From: Vicugna vicugna
Taxonomy: Eukaryota
DNA length: 64,000 nucleotides
NCBI GenBank assembly: GCA_013265495.1
Contig: MU058584.1
Location: forward strand, 4,780,508 to 4,844,507
Direction of reading: 5' to 3'
Numbering within the stretch: the stretch's first letter is position 1; each line of letters begins with the position of its first letter. Position numbers and translations under genes: made by a program. Under the pieces are notes generated by a model, which searched no databases, was not told the DNA's origin, and saw nothing but the letters and a program-made list of their open reading frames with translations. This document shows positions 51,419 through 64,000 of this stretch, piece after piece.

Positions 51419-54400
51419 GGTTGCCAAACTGACCATCAGTCTTGATTTGATTCCCAAAATGGTTCAATCTGAGAAACATATACATGTTTGAAAGTAAAGC
51501 TTACCTGCCAGGAACAGATACTCTTTAAGCTGCACTGGTTACAATGGGCAGGGAGTGGGGAAGGGATGGATCCCATCTGTGCCTCAGCCAAGTACCTGGT
51601 CCTTCACCGATGGTGCCATTTAATTCTCATGACAGTCCACAAAGTGAATATCATTATCTCCGTTTTACAGATGAAGAAACCAAGCCTCAGTAATTTCCTA
51701 GGAAGTACATTATTCAAATCTGGACCCCTGTTGTTTAACTTACAAGGTCCCATTCTCTTGAGCACAGCTTAAACTATGAAGTGGAAGAGCTGGTCTTTTA
51801 TCCAATATCTCGCAATTCAGATTTCATACTCAGCACTCTTTCCCTCTAATTCTCTGTACTCTGGGAAGAATGTTTTTCTACTATTTTTAAGTCTCTCTTT
51901 CACTCTTAAAAATATACATATATATATTACACCCTTAAAAATATGTAACTAGGTATTGTTGGAAAGGAAGACCCATGTTTTCTGGAGTGAAGATGACATG
52001 TATTCCTTGCTTCTCTAATGAAACTTTGCTTTGGGTGATTTTTACAAGGAAGAAAGGTTCGAAGGAGTGCTGAGAGAACTGGACGGGACTCTTCATTGCT
52101 TCAAGCAATGGGTCCTAGAAGACTCCACTCCTTGAGGGCCAGGGAAGGCAAATTTGGGGAAGTTACAGGGGAAATGAAAACCAGATGGCTAGATCAAGTG
52201 CATTTATAGGGTCTAACATCCAAGTGAATTTGGTTGGGAGTGAATATGAATGACATGACATGATCTGGGGTTTGAATGAAGCAACTTGAAGGATGTTTTG
52301 GGGAGACCATCTTCATCTTCATCTTCATCAACACTGACATTTGCTGAGAGCTAGGCAGCATGGTAAGCACTTTATGTATAGTATTTTACTTAATCGTCAC
52401 AACAGCTTTGTAAAGTAGATACGGATAATACCCACGTTTAACAAGGGAGGAAACTGAGGCTTGGAGATATTGTTTTCCTCTGTGTCACTGGTAAGTTAAC
52501 TGTGAGCATTAAGCACTTCAATAGAACTGAAAGTTACCCACGTGGAGGGATATTATGATGTTTTGGGGCAGATTGGGCTTGATTTAGTAAGCAGGATGAT
52601 GTTAGTGAACATTTGGGGGCAAGAAATGATATGTTTAGAACAGCATTTTAGGACAATTGACCAACACGATGTAGTATACACTGAAGCAGGAAAACTGGTG
52701 AGCTGAAGATCAGTTAGGAGGGTATCTTGTGGTTCAGAGAAGAGGAGATGTATGTTTGAACCGGGTGGTGTAGGAGGTCTGGGAACAAGGGAATGGATAC
52801 AAGTGACCCCGAGGCAAGAGCCATGGTCCAAGGTAGAGCCATGGTCCCTGCGTGAACACTGAAGTGGGAGAGGGTGAAGGACTCCAGCGTGATTTCAGGA
52901 TTTCAGACGCAGGCAATGGGAGAATGGTGGGGCCTTCAGCAGAAGTGGGAAGTGAGAAGGTGGGCCTGTTCAGCTGGGCTTAGGGGTCCAGCGAACCTCT
53001 GGATGGACTTGTAGAGTAGGTAACAGGAGGTCAGGTTCAGGGGTGGAGATCTGGGCACCAGCTCCAAAGTGGTGGCAGGAGTAACTCTGGAAGTGTCTGT
53101 CCCAGGCTGGGCATCTGAAGCCACAGGGCCCATCCTTGACCCTGGCCTTTGGGGCTCGGCTTGCTCACCTCAGCCCTCTATCCCAGACCTTCCAGCTAGT
53201 CCACATTGAAATTTGGTGCAGATTAGAAAAAAGCATCCTTCCCCAAGACACTTTTCTAATATCTTCCAGGAAACATCAAAACATGAATGACACAGAGATC
53301 CAATCTTTGGATTCACAGTTCATTATTTGTCCTACTGGCCTAGGGATCCTCCATTGTACAAGTCCTAGGCAGGGGTGCTTGATCTTAAAAGCAGTCTTAA
53401 CGTATGATAAAGTGCAACTGTCATGTGTGTGTGTGTTTAATGACTCTTGTATCACTCACCCAACTAATGCGAAACTGAGTTGCAGTTTCTCAACCAAGTC
53501 TTCTGCTCCCCGGCTTAGTTCTCTGTTGCTATCTTGTGCTCAGATGTTTTTGTAAGCACAGGTTTTCTCTGCTCGATCGGTAGGCATCTGGAGACCAAGT
53601 ATTGCATCTTATTATTTGCTTTTTATAGCACTTAGCATAATGAAGCAGGCGGATAAGTGCTCATAAGTGGTGTTGGTGACCCCATCGTCTTCCTGTTTAG
53701 AGGGTTAAGTGGACTCAAGGACAGCCATTTGTTAGCCTGTAGGTCAATGACAGGGAGCTAACTGGATGGTGGAAGGATACTGGGTGGAGGGAGGTGGGAA
53801 GTTCTGCCTCAGGAAAAGCCATGTTACATAAAGGAGTCTAGTAGAAAATGATTGGGAACGCAGTGGTGAATTTACAGCTGTACTTACATGCATATTGTGG
53901 AAAGTTTCTTTCTGCTAAATCTAACTCCAGCACATTACCAAATCTCAGGAACACCAAAGACACCTTGAAAGGTAATCAAGTTGGCAAGCAGCAGAGCTTT
54001 TTAAAAGCAAGTAACTTGAGGCTCGGTTGATGGCTGTTTGGTAAAAGAACGGTTGCATTAGATGAGAAGAAATCACTGTTCTGAGAACGTAGGAAGTGGT
54101 TTAATGGTGTTCCCTGCTCACTTCCAAAATGATTCTGAACTAAGTGTAATGAAATGCTGTCACACCAAATTAACTGCTTTTGACTGCCTGCCTGAAAGGG
54201 TTTGATGAATAATTTTACGATCAACGTGAATGGTGTAGTGAAACATCCCATGTTATATTTGGTCTTATACGTGATGTTTTAAATATCGATGCTGAGATTT
54301 TTTTTTCCATCTTAGTTTTTTAAAAGTCATAAAATACCTTTTCACACTTAATTAGGATATACAACAATGTTAATATAAGCTGATGAGCTGGGCGAGTATG

Positions 54401-54435
54401 GTAATAGTCACCTTTTAAAATGTATAATGCTTTGC

Positions 54436-54520
54436 GGGGGAGTAATAGCTTAGTGGTAGAGCGCATGCTTAGCATGCACGAGGTCCTGGGTTCAAGCCCC
54501 AGTCCCTCCATTAAAAAAAA
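54436..54520 (+). mobile_element. Short tRNA-Ala-derived SINE (Vic-1-like)
   Basis: tagcttagtggtagagcgcatgcttagcatgcacgaggtcctgggttcaagccccagtccctcca + A tail; flanking taatgctttg at 54425-54434 and 54524-54533. Confidence 0.9.
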
Positions 54521-57500
54521 CTGTAATGCTTTGAAATGTTGTAGTAAGGGGTTGCAAAAGGAAAGTGACAGGTTACTTTGTAGAGTCATTTGTAGGTCTA
54601 TTGGTAACGTTGGTCTCCTCCCCTTGGTTTCTCAGTCACCTTTGGTGTATTACGTTTTGGCATAGGTTGCCTGAACATACCCTTTTCTGAGTGAAAAATA
54701 CCTTGGCTCGGTAAACCTTAATCATTTTTTTAAGAGTGTCCTGGACCTGAACTCTTTGAGAAGCTCATGAAAGCTACACACTTCCCCCAGAAAAGGGCTG
54801 CATATAATTTTAGGAGGTCCAAGGTACAGACAATAAGTGAAAAACCCTTGACTTATTTCATCTCAAGAACTTAAATGGCCAGCCACATTCTTCTTCTTTT
54901 TTTTATCTGAGACCCCTTCATTTCCCTCCTAAACCAGCAACGGCATGGAGTGGGGAGTCAAGACACAGCTGAGGGGAGAAGAGCATCCTAGGGTGAGGCT
55001 AGTCTTCACTGACTCTGCTTCTAGGTGCTAAATATATGTGTTATATATGTATTATTTAAGTGTAATATGTACTGAGGGCATGAAGCTGCATTTGATCAGG
55101 CCCAGTTAAATCATGAATTCATTTAACAGATAGCACTTGAGCACGCACTATACACTGGACTTTGCGGCGAGTCTGAAAGTGACAGTCTCTGAGACGTGGT
55201 CCCTGCCCTCAAGAGACTCAAGTCTAGTGGTAGAGATTGGCTTAGAAACAAAAGATAAAATGCTGGGTTTTCACTTCTTCACAAGGTCAGAGGACATTTT
55301 AAATCCTAATCAGCCGCCTCTCAGATGCATAATGTTTCTCATTAGGAAAAGAGTGACAGGATTTCACAGGAAAAGTGTATCTTAGCAGCAATGAATGCCT
55401 TTGCACAGATTTCTTGACACATTGTTGAGAGTGAGAATATTTCTGCTGAGTAGGTTCCTAGAAGTGGACTTGTGAGATCAAAGGGTTTGAAGATTTAAAT
55501 ATGTAATAGAGAGACCCAAACTGCTTTCCTAAAAAGGCTGTGTCAATTTCCTACATCAGGAAAATTCCTGTCATTTATGAATGATGCTACCTGTTCGGTG
55601 ATGAGTTTTGCAAGAAATAGTGATATTCCATTACACAGACTTCTGTGTAAGTTCTTGTTTCCTTCTGTTAGAGCTTTACTTGTGGTCTTCCCTGGGAGGA
55701 CCCCGCTGTAGGAATGACTTTGTTCACTGTTGCATCTCCAAAGCATCGTTTTTGGAATTTCACTTGTCTTTATCCTCCCAGTGGCCTGTCTCCCAAGCTT
55801 CTCTTTCATCTGCTGCTCTGGGCCTGGTCTTCTCTGCAGCTGCTTGCTTTGTCCTCATTCTGTTCTTTGGCAGCACATCAGGGTCTCTGGGGGGTGAAAC
55901 CCAAAGTGGCTTGTTCTAACCCCCAGAACAGAGAGCATTCCTGTCTTTTCCCTTGCAGGATTTGGCTGAGCACAGCTCAGACTCTGAGTTGGGGAGGAAG
56001 GGAGGAAGGGCAGCAAGTTTTTCTTTTGGCTTGTGGGGGCAGGCTCTCCAGTTTTATTTTGGTTATCCAATTCTTGCTTCTTTGAATGTGACTCCCTGTT
56101 GAGGCTGGTTGGAGGGTAAGGACTTTTTGGCATGGCGGTTATGAAAATTAAAGGGGTTAGGTCCACCAGTCGCCCACTGCCTTTATGCTAGGCATCTGCG
56201 GTGCCCCCCACGGGTGCAAGGTTAGTCATGAATGGCACGTTCACACAGATTTTAAAAAGGCGCCAGGTGCCTTTCCTCCAGGTGAACTCAGCTCGGAGCC
56301 ACCGTGCCCAGTGAAGTGAGAAAGGAGCAGGTTGCATTTCGGCCCCCACTCACACCCCTGGCCGTGTGCCTTTGTGCATAACCTGCCCGCGACGGTCCTG
56401 ACGGTGGATTCCACACCTGCTGCTCTAGGGCTTCTGCGTCAGTGGCCTGTGGTGTGCTCAAGGAGACACAGACGTGGCTCAAGCCTGGGCAGAGACCTCA
56501 GCCCCCACCAACTCATCTTCCTTCCAACCTCTGCATCTCTACCTGTTCCTTACTCTTGCTTCTTGCCCAGTGATGTCTCCTGTGTCCTGGACGAAAACAG
56601 CCCTGCTGAGGGATTTTGTTGGAGTGTGGCTTGCTTCATTTAGGGAAACTTCTCTGTTTAGCTGTGGTTGGTGGCTTTGCATTCTGGACAACAGCTGTGC
56701 TGGCTCTTGAGAATCAAGAGCCCTGGCTCGAGGCATTGTCTCAGTGGCTTAATCTTGTTGGGGAGAAGGCTGGGTAAGTTAATGCTAGCTGCTCTAACAG
56801 AGAAACGCTGAGAATCCAGCCACCTAACCCAAGAGATTTTTATTTCTGTCTTACAAAGCAGTTCAATGACTGTGTGCAGTATGTGGTTTGGGGACCCAGG
56901 CTCCTTCTACCCCCTTGCTCTGCCACGTTGTCCTTGAGGCAGGACAAGGGACAAGAGAGGATGGAGATGGCCTCATTTTGACCTGTGAATGACCCACATC
57001 AGCTCTGCTCCTCTTCTATTGGTAGGAACTGGTTACCTGGGGCCAAGATGCAGGATTCCCTGGGAAATGTAACCTTGGCTGGGGAGCTGCTCCTCAAAAC
57101 AGCTTTACATCATGGTAGAAGACCACTGAACTTTGGTGGACAGTGAGCCTTGTCTGCCCAGGGGATGAGCTGAGAATGGCATCGGGGATTTCCAACTTTC
57201 TCTCCCCTGCCCAGGGGTCACCCTTTTACTCTGTGGGGAGAAGTCCTTATACTTTATTGGGCAATGGATTCTGCTCAGAGATGATGTGAATGTTAACTGA
57301 GGCTCCAGGTCGGAACAGGTGGGGAGAAAAGGGCTTTAATCGTTTTTGATTTGATTGACCTCTGTTCCTGCTCTGCTTGGTGACAGGACCGCTCCCTAGC
57401 ATCTCTCTGCTGTGTATCCCTTTTTCCTCAGTCTCAAAGGGAAGTCACAGATACGTTTCCCAAGCAACCCTTCAGGAGCCCCCTCCGTGATTCCCTCTCC

Positions 57501-59574
57501 TGGTTTTTTTTTTTTTTTTTTTTTTGCTGCTTCTGGCCAGAGGGTGACTTCGGATTGAAATAACATCTGCTTCTTCTCTTCTTGTGTTTGCTAAGGTGGA
57601 TAGGGGTGGGAGGAGAGCTCTTAGAGTTCTGGAGAAACTCAGGGAATTAATAACCCGTAACAAAGGCCAGCCAGGCACTGATCCGGAGGCAGAGCCCGAG
57701 TTCCCGCCGAGGTGTCCTCCAGTGACGTGGGAAGCTGCTCTCGTTGCCTTGGCAACTTCACCCGCTTCTTAAGCCTTGGGAACACATGCTGATTGCAGGG
57801 CTCTCTTCTCGATGACGAGGAGCTAAAAATGAATCTCACTGTCCCTCAAAATGCAACTTAATAATAGGGAGACGCTATCCAGTGCTCATGCAAATTGTAG
57901 GTAAAAATAGCTCAAGAGAGCAGATATGTTGGAATAATCTGAAGGACACGTGGAGGGGGTAGGGGGTGGGGCAAGAACGCTTTCTTTTCACACAAACCTT
58001 TATGTTTCAGAAAAAGGAAACTGCTGATCCGCCCTCTAAAGTACTCTTCACTTCCACCTGCTTTACAGGAAAAGTCTCATTGAATCATGCTGTCCCTTAC
58101 CCGTGAGTCCTGCTGCAGGGCTGGAGGGTTCTGGAAATATTGCAGAGGTGGGCACCGTGACGTGCCAGCGTGCTAGAGAAGGGGCAAAGCGCCCACTCAG
58201 AGCCTAAAAATTCTCAGCTACCCACTTGCAACAAATACACTCTTTTTCTTAGCATGCTTACTTCCTGAGTGGCTGAGAAGTTTAACGACGCCTGGCACAA
58301 CAACCAGTGAACGAAGGTGAGGCAGAATTTCGTTTGTGTCACACTGACCCAGGGGCTCTGCCTCTCCTAGCTGTGTGATAGTGATCCAGTCAGTTGACCT
58401 CTCTGAACGTCAATATCTTTGTCTGTAAAATGATGCCAATATTTGCCCTGTGGCGTTTGAAGGAATAAATAACACATGTAAAATTCCTAGCATGTAACAG
58501 GTATTCATATAAAACGTTTTTTTTTTTCTTATTTAGGTTATTTCTGAAAATGTTCCTAGTCCATGGCTGACAATAGCACATATTAAATCTTTGTACAATT
58601 TTTTTTTTAAATGCCTCCTCTGGCAGACAGGTTGAAGCAGGAGGAAGGTCCCCCCTTCCCCACCCTGTCTCTGCTGCAGCCCTGGGCAGCTCCAGAAGCT
58701 GACGGCTTGGCCAGAGAAGCATAACTTTCACATCTGTTTGCAGCAGCCCTGGCTCCCACCTCCCACTTCTCTCTTTCCTCAGCAAGTTTCCTGGAAAGGA
58801 TTTTGGAAAGGTTAAGTCTCATAGAAATATTGAAAGATTCAAAATAACCACAGCTTTAACCACAGGAAGTCAGGATGACACCACTGAAGTCAGTGATGCT
58901 GGTCTGATCTCTCTTCCTAGGAGTGAGCTCTCTGCCCTCACAGTCTGCCTTCTGTCTGTTACGAGGTGCGAGTAGCATTCGTTGCTTGGTTTTTTTTTTC
59001 CTTCTTGTTGTTGTTGTTATTATTATTATTGTTATTTTAAAAGTTGGTTGGCTGTCAGCTGACCCTGGAGGAGGTGTAGACTTCTTGCAGGTGCTGTAGG
59101 ATTTAGGAGAGTCTCGTGTTGGCTCCGAAGCCCCTGCTCAGTGCTAGCTCTTCTCTCCACTGACATGCAGCCATGATGGGCATTGACGTCTGTCACTCAC
59201 TGTGTGTTTGCAGATCACCTGTCATGCACCACAGCCTGGGATGAGGCCTGGGCGACCACACACTGGACATAGCCCCTTTCTCAGGGGACTCACATTCTGG
59301 CAGGGGAAGCAGAAAGAAAATAAGTGGTCACAGTCTTGCATATTGATATGTCTTGTAATCGTGAATGCTGGACAATTTAGATAAGAAGTAACAGAAGCTC
59401 TGTGATGTTAACTTTGTCTGGAGAGAATTTATTTCTGCTCTGGTAGGCTGTTACATTGGGGGCATAGCCCCTTAATTGCATTTGGGGTTGAGATGATTCA
59501 GAGCTGTGTTTCAGTTCTGTGCAGACTGGTTATTTCATTTTCAGCTTTACTTCTAAGAGATAGCCTTTCAAGGG

Positions 59575-60051
59575 TGTGCTGGTTGAATAAGGCCCTCTTA
59601 TCCTCCAAAAATGTATATTATGTTATAATATATTAGGTGGTGAAGTGGAATGAAGGTTGCAGACAGAATTAAATTGCTAATCAGTTGATCTTAAAATAGG
59701 GTGATTATCTTGGATTTTCTAGGCGGTCCCAGTGTAATCACAAGGGTCCTTAGAAGTGGAAGAGGGAGGCAGAAGAGGAGGTCAAAGGATGTCTGATGAG
59801 AAGGACTTGTCCTGCTGTTGCTGGCAGCTGAAGATGGAAAAAAAGGGTCACAAGCAAGGAATGAGTGCATCTTCTAGAAGGTGGAAAAAGGAAGGACACA
59901 GACTGTCCCTTAGAGCCTCCAGAAGGAATGCATTTGATTTGAGCCTAGTGAGACCTGTGTCAGACTTCTAGCCTACAGAACTATAAAATAATAAATTTGT
60001 TGTTTTAAGCCGTTACATTTGTGGCAATCTGTTACAAAAGGAAACTAACAC
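59575..60051 (+). mobile_element. MLT1D-type MaLR LTR
   Basis: gattatcttggatt...cccagtgtaatcacaagggtcctta..agtggaagagggaggcagaagag...ataaatttgttgttttaagcc...ggaaactaacaca. Confidence 0.85.
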
Positions 60052-63000
60052 AAGGAGTCCCGGCTGAAGTCTTGAGTGTTTCCCAGAGCTGCTTCTGGAT
60101 GGGCTGCAGGCTCCATGTTCTGTCCCCCCAGCACGGTGAGACTGCTGACATCTTTGCTTTGTGTATCAGCCTCTTGCCCAATGGTTTCTGCTTATAAGCC
60201 GGCAGCTGCCTGGAGAGTAAAAGGTGTCCAGAGTTCAGAATCACTTCTCTGCCCTTCTTTTCTCTTAGGGATCTGCTCCCCCAGGCTTGGGCTGTTTTGG
60301 TGGCTCTGAACTCGAATTTATTTCTCTCTAGCCACGTAGTATTGGTCAACTTCTCTGCATTGGGCCCCATGCTGCTTACGGATCAGCAGATATATGTGGT
60401 AATAAACAAATGGTAGCTACTGTGTTGCTGTTACCATGTACAGAGTTTATGAAACCTGGGTGCTGTTCCTGGCTCAGTCTAATGGCCTTGGGCGTGTCAT
60501 TGCCTCCTTTGGGTCCCTTTTCCTTCCTCTGTTTAGATGAAATGGTCTCTAGGGTCTTTCCTACCTCTTGTCATCTCTAATTCTGGAGTCACCTCTGTGT
60601 GCAGGAGGGGCACTGTGCTGGTTGGTTTTGCAGGGGTCAAAGAAGTAGAATCCTTGCCCAGAAGATGCTCCCAGTATCATTATCATATTGGTGAATTAAA
60701 GTCTATTTATATAGAAAAAAATTAGAAAACTGAGTAGCATATTACCAAAGGACAAGACAATTCAGAGAGGCAGAGAGCAGAGATTTCCATTTGGATCTAA
60801 TGAAATGACACAGCCCAATGTTACGAGCTCTTGTCTCTAGAAAAATAACCACCGGAAGCCTCAATTCTTTCTTGTCAGCACAGCTTGGTTAATCAATCTG
60901 TGATTAATCAGAAAGGTTAATTGAATTCGTAGAACTTAACAAACTAACATCACGATGGGATGGATTTGGGATCCCAATGGAGCTGCAAGCTACGTAACTT
61001 AGGTTATTTGCACAAACTGTGATTCAGACCTGACAGTTGAGGTTTTTGTAAGCAGCATGGCAGTTAAATGGATGGGAAGTTGTGTCCAGATTAAATAGGA
61101 TGGAATTAGGTGTTATCTGCAGGCTGTGCAATTCAATTTGCTTTTTGGGAAGGGAGTCAAGAAAAAAAAGCAATAAAAACCCTTGGTTATGTAAGCATTG
61201 GGCCAAAGCTGGGGCTCCCGCAGGGCTTCTTACTTTTATTATCCATCTTTGCCTCCCCAGTGCCCCAGCGTAGTGCCTGGTGCATGGTCAATGATTAACT
61301 AACTAACTAACTAACTAAATGGCTGAGTAGACGATTCCTCCATCCATCTATGCAATAAATGTTCAATACACTATCCTGCAGTAGGCCCTGTGGAAGGTAC
61401 TGGGAAACAAGCCACAGTCCCTGCCCTGGGAGGGTGCCCAGTCTACTCAGGGTGACTTTCCCCCAACAGGCAATTACACACAATTTGATGTAGTAACAGA
61501 TGAGTGAAAAGACTGGGAAAGGCTGGGAGACTCCAGATGGAGGGACAGAATCAAGGTTCTAAGGGAGTTTAGAAGGATTTCACAGGGGAAGTGACATTTG
61601 AGCCGAGTCTTCAGGTATGAATAGATGTTTTTCAGGCAGAGGACTTGGGAAGCCACATTCTACAGAGAAGGGTGGTGCGTGTGAGGGATGGAGGTGTGAG
61701 AGCAGAGAGCCTGTGATGAATGGGGTGTGGCTTCGTGTCACCGGAGCATATGGAGGGGAGCAGGGGATGGGACTGGAAGGGTGTGATGAGGAAAGTTTGG
61801 GAAAAGTCTAGAATGCTAGTTTAGAGAATCTTGACTTTATTTGGACCTAACAGGGAATCTTTGAAGGATCTCCGTATGTGAGTGACATGCCCAGATTTAC
61901 GATTTAGGAAGGAATTCTTAAAAGAGGTTGGCAGATGGGTTGGAGGAGAGAGGGACTCAGCAGAGATGCTGGTCAGCAGTGGGTAGCGATTGGCACGGTA
62001 AGAAGGCAGCAGGCAAGGGGGCCACGGGGGTGGGGAGAGGAAGGCAAATGTGCTGTTCAAATCAACTGCTCTGGGCATCTTCAATTTCCCTTATGGCTAA
62101 AATGGGAAAAGTGATTTCCATCTCGTGGAGTTATTTAAAGGTTTACATGAGAAATTGCATGCAAAACCTGAAGTGCCTATTGCCTGGTGCATAACAAGCA
62201 CTCAGTAAATGTTAGTTGTTTATTCTTTACCTGAGGAGACACACAAGAGCCCTGGCTCAGGCAGCAGCTGTCAGGATGGAGCGGAGGAAGTTGGAAATGA
62301 AAGACAGGAGGCCTGAATTCTGAGTCCTTTTGTCTTGCCCTAGAGCTGAAAAGCAGTTTTATGCTGACTCTTGCTGCAGCAGGATCTGCCCTGTTGGCTT
62401 CATTATAAAGCCACAAATGAGGTTCGGAGTGTTTGACTGGGCTCTCCTGGGCTCTCAGGTAGAGCCAGCAAAACCAAGAGCTGGTCACCAGCAAGAGAAG
62501 CTGGTTAAAGGTAGAGACACAGCAGAGGCACCGTGATTATCTGCTTGAAGGCTCCTGTTCCTGCAGGCGTCCAGGCACATCCTGCTTCCGCCCCCTGGTG
62601 CATGATGATCAGCTTCAGATTCCTGAGCAGGAGAGCCTGGGTGGGGGGCCCTCAGTGCAGAGCAGTGGACACAGTCAGTGTTGGGAAGGAGGCCCAGACA
62701 TGGAGAGCAGCTTTTGGGAGCCCCAAGCAGGTGTTACTTACAGGGAGAGCTTGAGGGTATCATGAAGGATGCCTGCCCACTGATTTTCTCTTGGTCTGAA
62801 GCCCCACCATTAGGAACTGAATTGTTTGGTTTTAAAGGCTCCTTGTCTCCGGCTGAATGAAAAGTATTCCAAGGAAAAGTAGTATCATTAAGGGAAGGGA
62901 TAACAGGCATGATGGAAAACAGTAATAATAATGGTAGCAATCAGTATCTATGGAGAACTGCTTAGTGTGATAGGTATGTTTTACTCATTGCCTCATTTAA

Positions 63001-63419
63001 TTGTTCTGATAGTCCTATTATATGAATATTGTTACATGAGTTCATGGAAGCCCAGAGAAGTTAAGAAACTTGCTTAGAAACACAGCGCTTACCTCTCTGA
63101 GAGCATTGTGACAGAGAGCGAGGACAAGGGCGAGAGTGGGAGGAGGTGATGCTGGGTAAGGGACTTGGCAGGTGTCTTTGGAGGAGAGAGAAAAGGAGGG
63201 ATGAGAGGGTAGAGAAGAAGTTAAATTCTGGCCAAGACTAGCCCTGTTTGCCTCATAATCATTGGATTCTTACATTTGCCTTTGTCCCTGGTTCTCTCAG
63301 CTCTTATCTTAGCTTGGAGGCTCAGAGATGACCATGGGACTTCTACGATGGGGTGGGTTAGAGTTAAGGACTCCAAATAGGACTGTCTTTTTTTTTTTTT
63401 GTAAGAACTTTAGTGTTTG

Positions 63420-63825
63420 TTTTTTTTTTAATTGAAGTGTACTTGATTTACAATGTTGTGTTAGCTTCTGGTGTACAGCATAGTGATTCGGTTATACACA
63501 TATATTCTTTTTCATATTCTTGTTCTTTATAGGTTATTATAAGATATTGACTGTAGCTCCCTGTGCTATACAGCAGGACCCTGCTGTTTATCTCTTTTAT
63601 ATATAGTAGTCGGTAACTGCAAATCCCAAGCTCCTAATTTTTGCCTCCCCCCTTTCCCCCTTAATAACCATAAGTTAGTTTTCTATGTCTATGGGTCTCC
63701 TTCTGTTTTGTAAATAAGTTCATCTGTCACTTTTTAAGATTCCACATATAAGTGATATCATATGGTATTTATCTTTCTTTGTCTGACTTACTTAGTATGA
63801 TAATCTCTAGGTCCATCCATGTTGT
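63420..63825 (-). mobile_element. Relatively young artiodactyl-type L1 3' end
   Basis: Poly-T then aattgaagtgtacttgatttacaatgttgtgttag...ccctgtgctatacagcagg...gattccacatataagtgatatcatatggtatttatctttc...ctaggtccatccatgttg. Confidence 0.85.
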
Positions 63826-64000
63826 GCCAGTTTAGTTTTATCCAAGTTTATCCAGCCGTAGTCAGAGAGAGCGAAACGGACCTCTTCTGACCTAGACAGG
63901 GGACTAATAGTCTTTGCATTCCCCATGCAAGACCCAGAGTATGGTACGCAGTAGGTGCTCAATAGATGCTCACTGAAGGAATGTTACCCAGGGAGTCCCA

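Noticed and set aside
54436..54510. Functional tRNA-Ala(AGC) genes here and at the four similar loci
   Set aside because: Each has an extended G/A-rich 5' end, stem mismatches, an A-rich tail and flanking direct repeats, which mark retroposed SINEs.
7540..61700. Scattered T-box half-sites (GGTGTGA) suggesting TBX19 autoregulation
   Set aside because: The count looks compatible with chance for a 7-mer, some lie inside L1, and I saw no palindromic T-site or clear PITX1/TPIT composite.
20000..64000. A second gene such as XCL1/XCL2, which lie further downstream in human
   Set aside because: No chemokine-like peptide or coherent exon chain found. Very short exons or lncRNAs cannot be excluded by eye.

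Overview
Mammalian genomic DNA, very probably camelid (alpaca/camel), judged from five dispersed tRNA-Ala(AGC)-derived short SINEs of the Vic-1 type. The first 18 kb carry coding exons 2-8 of TBX19 (TPIT, the pituitary corticotroph T-box factor) on the + strand. All introns are GT-AG, phases are consistent, and the frame is open to TAA at 18175-18177; exon 1 lies upstream of the window. The remaining ~45 kb contain no credible protein-coding gene and consist of 3' UTR/intergenic DNA with L1, L2, MIR, MER5, Tigger1, MaLR/ERVL and ERV1-type LTR relics. Almost all other ORFs in the track are chance or repeat-derived. I see no support for a new multi-gene system. The best second-look items are a diverged ~440-bp tandem array with NRF1-like motifs (33.0-34.45 kb), a probable orthologue of the human MIR557 hairpin locus (47.2 kb), a solo LTR inserted inside a SINE's target-site duplication with intact promoter motifs (22.2 kb), and a 17/18-nt copy of the exon-4 splice donor inside intron 4. 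Repeat subfamily names and human comparisons are from memory, not from a database search.
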